From: a virus
Lineage: Duplodnaviria > Caudoviricetes
Reading direction: 5' to 3' (one strand)
Virus record (IMG/VR): IMGVR_UViG_3300032103_000278
Coordinates: 1-26,554 of that record
DNA length: 26,554 bases
The translations under genes and the position numbers were made by a program. The notes below the pieces were generated by a model that saw nothing but the letters and a program-made list of their open reading frames with translations, searched no databases and was not told the DNA's origin. Below are positions 1-7,760 of this stretch, one piece after another. Positions within the stretch are counted from its first letter, which is position 1, and each line of letters begins with the position of its first letter.

Positions 1-122
1 AATATTCTGACTGGTACAAAGATAATGTTGGATACAAGAATTTGAATAAAATTTTTGCACCACCTGTGTCAAATCTAAAAAAGACAGTAAAACCTGAAGT
101 GAATATACAAAAGAACCGTTAA
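1..122 (+). CDS. 3' end of a host gene (partial, product unknown)
   Basis: The frame from position 3 reads YSDWYKDNVGYKNLNKIFAPPVSNLKKTVKPEVNIQKNR to TAA at 120-122 and is followed directly by a terminator. Confidence 0.55.
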   Translation, partial: YSDWYKDNVGYKNLNKIFAPPVSNLKKTVKPEVNIQKNR

Positions 123-130
123 TAACTTTC

Positions 131-164
131 AACCCCGATAAATCAGAGATTTATCGGGGTTTTT
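131..164 (+). terminator. Intrinsic terminator
   Basis: Perfect 14-bp stem aaccccgataaatc / gatttatcggggtt, 3-nt loop, T-run. Confidence 0.85.
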
Positions 165-337
165 ATGCATAATAACTAGAAAAATTTTAGTGAAACTTTT
201 CCCAAATTTAAATTTCATTTATCCTAAGATTTTAATTAAATTTTATTTTGGATATACTTACAAAAAACATTTTGTAATGAAAACTTCGCTCTGTTTGTAT
301 TACAAAATTTTTCAAGCCGATATTGAATCTCATTCTA

Positions 338-667
338 TCATCTCTTTTGCTTATTCTTCTTTTCTTTCAAAAGACAATCGTAAAAGAATAACTCATCATC
401 TGAAATAACTTTTCCAAATTTTTTAGCTTTTTCAAGATCTTTACATTTATCTATATCAATATATTCAGAAGGATTTAAGCCAATCAAAGCTATAGCTCTA
501 TTGAAATAAGCATCTGCGAAGGTAGAATCGTATTCAAAAGCTTTATTATAGTTTTCAATTGCCTCTTTGAATTTTTTTGCATTATAAAACTCTAGTCCTT
601 TGTCATTGTATTTAATGGCATTTATACGGTTTATTTTTATAGTATCCGTTTGACCATTAATACTCAG
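338..667 (-). pseudogene. C-terminal part of a host TPR-repeat protein gene disrupted by the prophage
   Basis: Hand translation gives LSINGQTDTIKINRINAIKYNDKGLEFYNAKKFKEAIENYNKAFEYDSTFADAYFNRAIALIGL...CKDLEKAKKFGK...KQKR*. This is a clear TPR pattern with no start codon. The missing N-terminus is at 24277-24318. Confidence 0.85.
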
Positions 668-680
668 ATTTTAAGGGGCT

Positions 681-986
681 AAAAACAAAAAGTACATAAG
701 TTAAATATATTTTTGCCTGTTTATTAAGTAGTTAAGTATATACTAAATAAAACGAAAAATACATTTTGATTTAATTTGCCTTTAATTTTGCCCGGTTTTT
801 ACTTTAATTTGATTGAATATAATTGAATACTTATAGCGAGTAGGCTGTAATGATGCAAAGATACGCTAAATATGCTTAAAATGGCTTATTTAGCGTATTT
901 TTTTTATGATTATTTATAGATTTTTAATTGGGTTTTTATAAGTGTTTAAACAAGGTGCCGTGTATGCTTAAAAAACGAAAAATACA
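681..986 (+). repeat. Left-end putative transposase-binding sites (3 copies)
   Basis: aaaaacaaaaagtaca 681-696, aaaacgaaaaataca 749-763 and aaaaacgaaaaataca 971-986. These are reverse complements of the right-end copies. Confidence 0.75.
861..906 (+). terminator. Hairpin plus T-run inside the left end
   Basis: 12-bp inverted repeat atacgctaaata (861-872) / tatttagcgtat (887-898), followed by a T-run. Confidence 0.5.
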
Positions 987-987
987 A

Positions 988-1023
988 GTAGGTCACCCAG
1001 TAGGTTACCCATTAGGTTACCCA
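988..1023. repeat. 3 x 12-bp tandem repeat (candidate pac or protein-binding site)
   Basis: gtaggtcaccca gtaggttaccca ttaggttaccca, adjacent to the third end motif. Confidence 0.75.
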
Positions 1024-1214
1024 AAAAAAGTATATTGATAAATAGATAATACAAAAAAAAGGCTTTATTATGTTAAAAAAAAATTAATCAGGTGGGTATA
1101 ATCCATAATAAAATCATATTAGAATATAAATAAAAAGTATATAAATAATAGTATATCAGATATTTATATAAATAAAAAGCATAAAAATAAAATTATTTAT
1201 AAAAACACGCCAGA

Positions 1215-1343
1215 TCAGGCGGTTTTTTTATTTCCATTGGATGAGGGACGCTCGTAAAATTAGAGGTTCTTTTTTAATTGTACAACTGTTTCTTTCAGTG
1301 ATTCAATAGTTTCTTCTTTTGAATATAGTATTGTTCGCAGTGA
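1215..1343 (-). pseudogene. C-terminal remnant of a probable phage repressor
   Basis: Reads SLRTILYSKEETIESLKETVVQLKKNL*FYERPSSNGNKKTA*. It is coiled-coil-like, has no start, and has the position and orientation of the Mu c repressor. Confidence 0.5.
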
Positions 1344-1378
1344 CCTGCCTTTTTTATTTTATTTAATATTAAAATGTT

Positions 1379-1906
1379 ATGACACTAACAAACAAAAGCG
1401 AAGCTGGCAACTTACTGCCAATGACAGTTACTGAAGGTGTAACTGTAAAAGTCCTACCAAATACTCAGCATGAGTATTTAATGACAACAAAAGAAGTAGC
1501 AACTGGCTATGGTGTTACTAAATATTCTGTATTTAAAACATTAGATAGACACGTTGATGAATTAATTGAAGGAAAACATTTTGTAAAAGGTGTGTACGTA
1601 TTGTCCACACCTACTATTCAACCAAATTCAATATTGTGGATTAAAAAAGGAATTGTAAGATTAGGCTTTTTTATTCGTTCTGAACGTGCCAAACTTTTCA
1701 GAGATTGGGCAGAGGAATTAATCATTAAGCTTGATGAACAGCTGAATCTGTTTAACGAGCCTGTTAAAACAAAACATCTTCCAGAAAAACGTAATCATAA
1801 CAGGATAACACAGGAACGCCTTGTAGATTTACTGGCTGATGTGTGCCGTATAGATGATAAAGAGCTGAGGCTAAGTATTACTAACAAACTAATGGGGAGG
1901 GCTTAA
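1379..1906 (+). CDS. Antirepressor-like DNA-binding protein (ORF6N/Bro-N-like)
   Basis: Motifs LMTTKEVATGYGV...ELIEGKHF...GIVRLGFFIRSERAKLFRDWAE resemble phage antirepressor N-terminal domains. Confidence 0.65.
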   Translation: MTLTNKSEAGNLLPMTVTEGVTVKVLPNTQHEYLMTTKEVATGYGVTKYSVFKTLDRHVDELIEGKHFVKGVYVLSTPTIQPNSILWIKKGIVRLGFFIRSERAKLFRDWAEELIIKLDEQLNLFNEPVKTKHLPEKRNHNRITQERLVDLLADVCRIDDKELRLSITNKLMGRA

Positions 1907-1908
1907 CG

Positions 1909-2112
1909 ATGGTACAAATTAACGAACAGGAAGGCTTAATTACCATAAGTTTTAAAGGTGATGCGGAAGATTACTGGAACTATATACGGGCATTAACAAG
2001 GCTTATTGCCTGCCAGAATAGCGAATTGTATGATGCAGAATGTAATTATTTTGCAACTACATTATTAGAATCGCTACTTCCATCGGCAGAGGAGGTGGTA
2101 AAAATTAATTAA
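1909..2112 (+). CDS. Hypothetical protein co-transcribed with the antirepressor-like gene
   Basis: ATG 2 nt after the upstream stop, followed by a terminator. Confidence 0.65.
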   Translation: MVQINEQEGLITISFKGDAEDYWNYIRALTRLIACQNSELYDAECNYFATTLLESLLPSAEEVVKIN

Positions 2113-2114
2113 AT

Positions 2115-2142
2115 AAAAAAGGAGCGTAAAGCTCCTTTTTTT
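2115..2142. terminator. Bidirectional intrinsic terminator
   Basis: aaaaaa-ggagc-gtaaa-gctcc-ttttttt between convergent genes. Confidence 0.85.
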
Positions 2143-2182
2143 ATGCCTGATAGTGATACGATGACTTAGAGTCATTGTATCA

Positions 2183-2599
2183 CTAATATAACCAAGCTGT
2201 GGTGGCTTTGTAGGTTTGTTTGCACACAAATACTTTGTCTTTTGTTTTTCGTATGTCTTCGCGGGTAAGACAAACGCTGCCCATTGTATTGTCGTTTATC
2301 AGATTAATTGCTTTGCGTGCCTGTGCTATAATGGCAAACTTACTGGCAAGCTGAGCAAGTGCGGGTGATGGTGGATTGGTGGCACTGCTGTCGTAGGGTT
2401 TTAGGTAGTAAGTAACTGTAAACTGTACCGTAGCCCTGTAGTTCTGTTCGGTATATTTGTCGAAATCGACATTATTAATTTCGATGAAAGCAGCGGGATA
2501 TAAGTTAATAAGCTCGTCGGCTTTGGGTGCCATATCAATCCATTTTATTTCGGGTATTTGAGTTAGGCACTGGGCAATGGATAAATAGATTTCTATCAT
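2183..2599 (-). CDS. Putative head-tail joining / tail terminator protein (Mu gp37-like)
   Basis: Size, position after gpG, and the motif EIKWID...YPAAFIE. Confidence 0.55.
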   Translation of the reverse strand: MIEIYLSIAQCLTQIPEIKWIDMAPKADELINLYPAAFIEINNVDFDKYTEQNYRATVQFTVTYYLKPYDSSATNPPSPALAQLASKFAIIAQARKAINLINDNTMGSVCLTREDIRKTKDKVFVCKQTYKATTAWLY

Positions 2600-2632
2600 T
2601 TGAATTAAAAATTAAAAATTACGAATTATGAA

Positions 2633-3079
2633 TTATTTGAAAGTTTGATTAAAGAATTTGTTTATTTCGTTTTCAACCATATCGTCAATTTGTTTGGCAT
2701 GGCCAATAAACTGACGTTTTGGTATGGTGGTTCTGTTGCCACGTCCGGCGGTGGTAGTACCTTTGTTATGAGCAGCTGCATATTTTAGGTCGGAGTAGAT
2801 GATTACAGCAGGACCTTCGGTTTTGTAGTGGATGCTACGCCCGAGGTTGGCAGTGTCGCCTGTAAGTATTTTTCGACTTGAACGTGCACCCGTAATACGT
2901 GGGTCTAACCGTCGTTTTACTTCTTTCCATTTTTCGCCAAAAAAACCTTCTTCTTCAAAGTTATTTTTAAACAAATCAACGGCATTTTTGCCGATAGTAA
3001 TGGGTAGGTTGCGGTTTATAAATTCTTCAATTTGCTGCCCTTTTTTAGTAAGCATAATGCTGAATTGTTTAGGGTTCAT
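2633..3079 (-). CDS. Phage virion morphogenesis protein (Mu gpG / tail completion S family)
   Basis: Motifs NFEEEGF, ILTGDTANLGRSI, YAAAHNKG, IPKRQFIG. Confidence 0.85.
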   Translation of the reverse strand: MNPKQFSIMLTKKGQQIEEFINRNLPITIGKNAVDLFKNNFEEEGFFGEKWKEVKRRLDPRITGARSSRKILTGDTANLGRSIHYKTEGPAVIIYSDLKYAAAHNKGTTTAGRGNRTTIPKRQFIGHAKQIDDMVENEINKFFNQTFK

Positions 3080-3166
3080 TATTATAATGTTTAATGATGT
3101 GAATGATTTTTTTTGCTTTCATAAAAAATATTTTTTAAATAATGATTAAATTGTAATTAAAAGTTG

Positions 3167-3176
3167 TATATTTGCA
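3167..3176 (+). promoter_or_regulatory. Bacteroidota -7 promoter element, antisense to the head operon
   Basis: TATATTTGCA matches TAnnTTTG. Confidence 0.65.
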
Positions 3177-3179
3177 GTG

Positions 3180-3249
3180 AGGTTTTAAACATAAATCGAC
3201 GGAGCAGTTTGGATGCTCCTTCCACGTGGTTTAAAACCTTATTTTTTTA
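3180..3249 (+). ncRNA. Candidate ~70-nt structured small RNA
   Basis: Begins just after the -7 box. Has an 11-bp closing stem (3180-3190 / 3229-3239), an inner hairpin ggagca/tgctcc (3201-3219) and a T-run at the end. Confidence 0.5.
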
Positions 3250-4540
3250 TATATCTGTTAATATCTGCAGGCATTCCATTCTTAATTGTATTCAAATCAA
3301 TATGGTTATAAATCACATAAGGTATTTCTGATTTATACATTTTATGAATTTTTACATTAACATACTTCACTTCATTATTTATAAATGTTTTATAATAAAA
3401 AAAGTAAGCTGTATCTAAATGTTTGCCTGCATCAACTTCGCTAAATCCTAAATACTCCCATTTCTTAAAATTCTCTGATATATTTAATGCATATAATCTA
3501 ACCGGATTGTCAACTGTATGGACCATTATTTTATTAATAGAACTTCGTAAAACAATCAACTGACCTGTTGCTATATTATCAGATTTTAATGTAAATCCTT
3601 TATTAGCATCAATAGTTTCTGTAAAATCTTTAACTATAGGTTTAAGATAGTCTTTATAAACATATTTGTTAATTTGCTTTCTATTTGATTTAGAAACATT
3701 CTCAAAATACGGATGATTTTCAGTAATCAACTTTCCGGTATCATAAGGATTACCGTCCAAGCCTTTTGCAGGAGGTGTTATTTTATCGGGTTTTGCAGTT
3801 GTCTGTGCATCTGTAGTTTTCCAGTCGCATTTGCAGTTCCAGAGGTTGCCGGGTTGGTTTGTTTGCCAGAAAGGATGGTTCTGAGGCAAAATAATACCTA
3901 CATAACCCAAATGCAGTTCGCGTGGATTGGCAGAACGTGATCGTATCCATGTGAGGTTTGGAAAGAGGTGTTTTTCCTGCAGAAAGGTATCCCATTGTTT
4001 GGCAGTACGGCAGCGTGCCACAAAGGTATTGTATTCTGTTTTCTGATACTGATTGAAACGAGCTGAAGCAAGTTTAGCTTTATTTATAAAGTCTTTTTTA
4101 TTACCTTTTTCTTTTTCTACATCAGCTTTTATAACATCGAGTTTTTGCTGCAACTGATAGGTTTTGTGAGCTGCAAAATTGGCAGCATTAAGGCGGAATT
4201 GCTGTACTTTTTCCCAGAATGGATGATTGTTGTCAATATCAGAAAAAACGCTGTCAATAGCTTTAATAAAGTTCGTGAGGTAAATATCGAAAAAATCTTT
4301 ATTTAAATCTTTTGTTTTTGAAGAGTAGATATCGGATAAGGCGTTGCGTGTTTTTGAAGTTCGGTTTATTTCGACAAGCTCAATGACCTTATCAATTGGC
4401 TTAGTGATAGGATGGGCAAAAGTTATCGTATCACTGTGGGCAGCACAGTTGCATCCATCAGGGTGATGACTGTAATATAGTTCTAAAACTTTATCGTTAA
4501 GTAATATTTCCGTTAGCCCCGACGGTGCGGGGCTTTGTCG
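3239..4540 (-). CDS. MuF (gpF-like) minor head protein with C-terminal extension, probably translated as a -1 frameshift fusion to the portal
   Basis: MuF motifs TEYNT, RELH, HPFW...PGNLWNCKC. The frame stays open from 4558, about 135 codons upstream of the annotated TTG at 4153, with no ATG/GTG/TTG in that stretch. Confidence 0.8.
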   Translation of the reverse strand, partial: RQSPAPSGLTEILLNDKVLELYYSHHPDGCNCAAHSDTITFAHPITKPIDKVIELVEINRTSKTRNALSDIYSSKTKDLNKDFFDIYLTNFIKAIDSVFSDIDNNHPFWEKVQQFRLNAANFAAHKTYQLQQKLDVIKADVEKEKGNKKDFINKAKLASARFNQYQKTEYNTFVARCRTAKQWDTFLQEKHLFPNLTWIRSRSANPRELHLGYVGIILPQNHPFWQTNQPGNLWNCKCDWKTTDAQTTAKPDKITPPAKGLDGNPYDTGKLITENHPYFENVSKSNRKQINKYVYKDYLKPIVKDFTETIDANKGFTLKSDNIATGQLIVLRSSINKIMVHTVDNPVRLYALNISENFKKWEYLGFSEVDAGKHLDTAYFFYYKTFINNEVKYVNVKIHKMYKSEIPYVIYNHIDLNTIKNGMPADINRYIKK

Positions 4541-5787
4541 AAAAAATTTCTTAGAGAGTTAAATAATGAAGACATAGAGATACGATTACTTAGAGTTATG
4601 GTATCACTGTTATTGTTTTGCTTTGTTTTATCAGGCTCATCTTCGGCAGGCTTATCTATTGTGTTTTTGCTTGGTTTAGGAATTCCGTATGTTTCGTAAA
4701 AATAATCGTCATCTATGGGTATAAGCCCTGCTAGTTGAGAATCAATAAGAAAACGTTGGTTAAGTGCTGTGTTGTCTTTTTCTATAACAAAATTAAAATA
4801 ACCACCGTTAGCTTTAAAGCCAAAGCATTCTAGAATTTTAATAAATTCGGTATTGAGTTCTGAAAGCAGATAGAGCTTATCAGATTCGGCAAAAGAAAGT
4901 TCGGAATTTTGATGCACTTCGCCTTTATAGTTTCCACCCTGGGCATCTGTGGTCATAGTGTTACCCAGGAATAATTTTGAAACTTGCTCGTCGCAAAATT
5001 TGCTAAGTTCTTTAAAAATATCTACACCTCCTGAACTGGCTCCTTTAGCTTCAACAAATTCGATATTGCAACCTTCTGGTGCTACTATGTGTGTAGCCCT
5101 GCTGGTGGCTTCCATAATCTTATTTAATAAATTAGCAGTTTCGATATCGCCATTAGAATAGGTTGCTTTGCGAAAAGGGAAGCCAAAAATTTCGGCAAAG
5201 GTGCTCCAGTCCTGCATGGCATTTTTTTTAAAAATAACATAAGGAGCTGCCTTAGCCAATAATCCTAAGTTGCGTTGTTGACCTGCAAAAATTGTGTAAT
5301 TGCTGGTGGGAGGAACAGCAAAATTTTCACCTTCGTCGTCATATGCTTCTTTGATAACTATTGATCGTTCGGGCAATACATTTTTTCGAGGAATAAGATT
5401 ATATCCAACCCCTTCGATGCTTAAACTATCAAAGTAAATCAGCGAAAAGCCAAAAGGTATTTTATCTAAAATATCCCAACACATTTGCCTGAAGAAAGGC
5501 ATATTGATAATGGTTTTTATGTTTTCATTTTCTTTGCCTGAGGCATCGAAAAACTTAATTTCGGAATTCAATACATTTAGTTTCCTTTTTTCCATTACTG
5601 CCGATAAATGCGTGTCGAGAATGATTTCGTCATACAAATCGAGTAAAAGCTTACGGCGAGGGTTTGTAATATTTTCGGCTGATTGTAAGGCGTTTCGCCA
5701 TTCTTTAATACCTTTAGCCGAACGATCCACCTGAGTTAAGGTGTAATTAAGAATTTGTATATTGTCGGTTTTCTTTTTAGAAGCCAT
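4513..5787 (-). CDS. Portal protein (DUF935 / Mu gp29-like)
   Basis: Motifs DTHLSAVMEKRK, GLLAKAAP, W..FAEIFGFP, SKLFLGNTMTT, GEVH. Confidence 0.9.
   Translation of the reverse strand: MASKKKTDNIQILNYTLTQVDRSAKGIKEWRNALQSAENITNPRRKLLLDLYDEIILDTHLSAVMEKRKLNVLNSEIKFFDASGKENENIKTIINMPFFRQMCWDILDKIPFGFSLIYFDSLSIEGVGYNLIPRKNVLPERSIVIKEAYDDEGENFAVPPTSNYTIFAGQQRNLGLLAKAAPYVIFKKNAMQDWSTFAEIFGFPFRKATYSNGDIETANLLNKIMEATSRATHIVAPEGCNIEFVEAKGASSGGVDIFKELSKFCDEQVSKLFLGNTMTTDAQGGNYKGEVHQNSELSFAESDKLYLLSELNTEFIKILECFGFKANGGYFNFVIEKDNTALNQRFLIDSQLAGLIPIDDDYFYETYGIPKPSKNTIDKPAEDEPDKTKQNNNSDTITLSNRISMSSLFNSLRNFFDKAPHRRG
4515..4546 (-). promoter_or_regulatory. Putative -1 ribosomal frameshift cassette
   Basis: In-frame T TTT TTC (4546-4540), 5-nt spacer, then a 7-bp hairpin AGCCCCG-caccgt-CGGGGCT (4534-4515). 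Confidence 0.75.
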
Positions 5788-5816
5788 GTAAATAATGGTT
5801 AATGGTTAAAACTAAA

Positions 5817-6221
5817 TTAGTATGTTCTTGGGATAAATCCTGATTTTACGAAAGAGATTACATTGCCATCTTCGTTTTTGGCGGGTTTTGCGCCGTGTAA
5901 AGCTGTTTTTCCTGCCATAAGTTTTTCAAGTTCCTTGATGCTTCGTTCGTAACCTGAAGCTATTGAAACGGGCATATTATCCAATACATCGGCAATAATA
6001 TAGCGAGCTATATTGCAAGCAATATCGAGAAGCATCGGGTTTCTTTCATCAATAGGTTTATTGAATAAATCGGGTATATCGTAATAGTTGCAAAGGTGAG
6101 CTTCTATAATGCTAAGTGCTTTTTTTATAGCAAATTCCACTGCATTGCTATCGTTACGCGATATAGCTTCTATTACTTCGGGGTAAATGCTGTAATTAAG
6201 GTCAGATTCGGAAATAAACAT
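5817..6221 (-). CDS. Head-tail adaptor (Mu gp36 / DUF1320-like)
   Basis: Motifs MFISESDL, YYDIPDLF, RNPMLL..ACNIARY, YERSIKELE; lies between terminase and portal. Confidence 0.8.
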   Translation of the reverse strand: MFISESDLNYSIYPEVIEAISRNDSNAVEFAIKKALSIIEAHLCNYYDIPDLFNKPIDERNPMLLDIACNIARYIIADVLDNMPVSIASGYERSIKELEKLMAGKTALHGAKPAKNEDGNVISFVKSGFIPRTY

Positions 6222-6240
6222 AAAGCTTAATGATTAATGG

Positions 6241-7749
6241 TTAATATTTGTTGTGTCGCGATTGAAATCCGAAAATAGGGTCAACAGCAGCACGTATGTG
6301 TTTGCTTAAAATAGCGATGGCAGCTTCGTCGGCATCTGGGCTGTCGTCGTGTTCTTTACTGCCGGGTTCAATTGAAAGAAGTTGAGCAATACCAACCTGA
6401 ATATCGCCTGAAGCTTTCTCTTTTATATTGTAAAAAATACGGCTTTGCTGGTAAAAAGGAAGCATAGAAAGCATACGGTCGAATTTGTTTGTTTTAGGTC
6501 TATCGGCTTTTATAAGCGGAATGTTTTTTTTTCTTTTGGCGGATATTTCGTTGTAAACCATCATAAGAGCATCGTTCCAGAATTGAGATTCAAAATACCA
6601 GTTAAGGTGAACAGTTTTAGGCAATTGTTCAGCGAAATCGAACATAAAGTTAATAGCCTCAGCCATTTTGCATTGTCGAACGAAAGCTTTGATAAGAAAA
6701 AAATGTTTGTTTTTTATACCCCAGACTTTCACTGCGTTAAAGTCGGCAGTTTTAGCATCGCTATAAGCTACATCCCAAAACCCTATGATGTGGTCGAAAT
6801 GGTCGATACGGGGGCATTCAGCCCATTTGATCATTTCATTTTTAAAAATAGTACCCTGTATATAAGGCTTGTTGTTGAATTCGGCCTGAAAAGAAAGAGT
6901 TCCGATTTGACGTTGTAGCATAATGTAATAATCGCGGGTATATTTTTCTATCCAAAGAGGGTTCAAAAGGGCATCGGTAGCATTCTGCTGACTAAATTCA
7001 AAACCCTCGCGAGTGTCGCGTATTTCGGTAAGTATTGTATGCGGTGCAAATATGTTGTTAACGTGAATGTAACGGCTGCCTCGTTCGTCCATACAAGGGA
7101 TTAAATCTTCGCAAGCCCAGTTGGCAGCTTCTCGGATACGTTTAGGGTTTTTACACATTTGTTTTGTATCCCAGTCGTCGGCTGCAATATAATCGGGGCG
7201 GAACTGTTTGTATCGGATGCCACGAGGGCTTTGTCCCATACCGAGTGAAAAGAAAGCACAATCGTTGTTTGTAATAAAATTGGCTTCTTCCCAGTTTCCG
7301 AATCTAACTTGCTTACCAAAATCGTTGATTAAACGTTGGTTGCTTTCAAATTCGGCTTGAAGGTCGGAAAGAAGTTTTTGCCCTTTTTTTTCGTTTTGCC
7401 CGACGAGAAGCATTACTTTAAGGTCGTTGTTAGCCCATAGCCAAAGGGGAATAAGTAAGTCGACATGAGTAGATTTGGCTAATCCACGGCCCCAGCCAAG
7501 TAAAATTTTTATATGCTTATTTTTACGGATACGATAGGCTAATTTAACATGAAAAGGTGCACATTTGCTAGTTGCATAGTGAGGGAAGTAATATTCAACA
7601 AAAGCTTCATAATCTTTTTTTAGGCTTTCGATACGAGTTTCTTTATCGGAATCGCTTTCAAAAATATTGATGTCGGTAGCACTTTGTATATTTTTACAAA
7701 GTTTTTTGTAGTTTTCGATAGCTTTTTTATCGCGGATAGAAATACTCAT
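6241..7749 (-). CDS. terL: Terminase large subunit
   Basis: Walker A-like RGLAKST, Walker B-like PDYIAADD, nuclease motifs FWDVAY and HDDSPDA. Confidence 0.92.
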   Translation of the reverse strand: MSISIRDKKAIENYKKLCKNIQSATDINIFESDSDKETRIESLKKDYEAFVEYYFPHYATSKCAPFHVKLAYRIRKNKHIKILLGWGRGLAKSTHVDLLIPLWLWANNDLKVMLLVGQNEKKGQKLLSDLQAEFESNQRLINDFGKQVRFGNWEEANFITNNDCAFFSLGMGQSPRGIRYKQFRPDYIAADDWDTKQMCKNPKRIREAANWACEDLIPCMDERGSRYIHVNNIFAPHTILTEIRDTREGFEFSQQNATDALLNPLWIEKYTRDYYIMLQRQIGTLSFQAEFNNKPYIQGTIFKNEMIKWAECPRIDHFDHIIGFWDVAYSDAKTADFNAVKVWGIKNKHFFLIKAFVRQCKMAEAINFMFDFAEQLPKTVHLNWYFESQFWNDALMMVYNEISAKRKKNIPLIKADRPKTNKFDRMLSMLPFYQQSRIFYNIKEKASGDIQVGIAQLLSIEPGSKEHDDSPDADEAAIAILSKHIRAAVDPIFGFQSRHNKY

Positions 7750-7760
7750 TTAAAAAGGAT

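Noticed and set aside
190-408. 72-aa + strand ORF
   Set aside because: It overlaps the TPR fragment on the opposite strand and has no recognisable features; probably spurious.
405-430. Suspected frameshift near the TPR gene 3' end
   Set aside because: On recounting the T-run, the frame is continuous (AKKFGKVISDDE...) to TGA at 340-338.
988-1023. Possible CRISPR array
   Set aside because: The 12-bp units are directly tandem with no spacers, and there are no cas genes.
4151-4153. TTG at 4153 as the true MuF start
   Set aside because: The frame is open and protein-like for about 135 codons upstream, and this start would cut off the F.AHK motif region of MuF.
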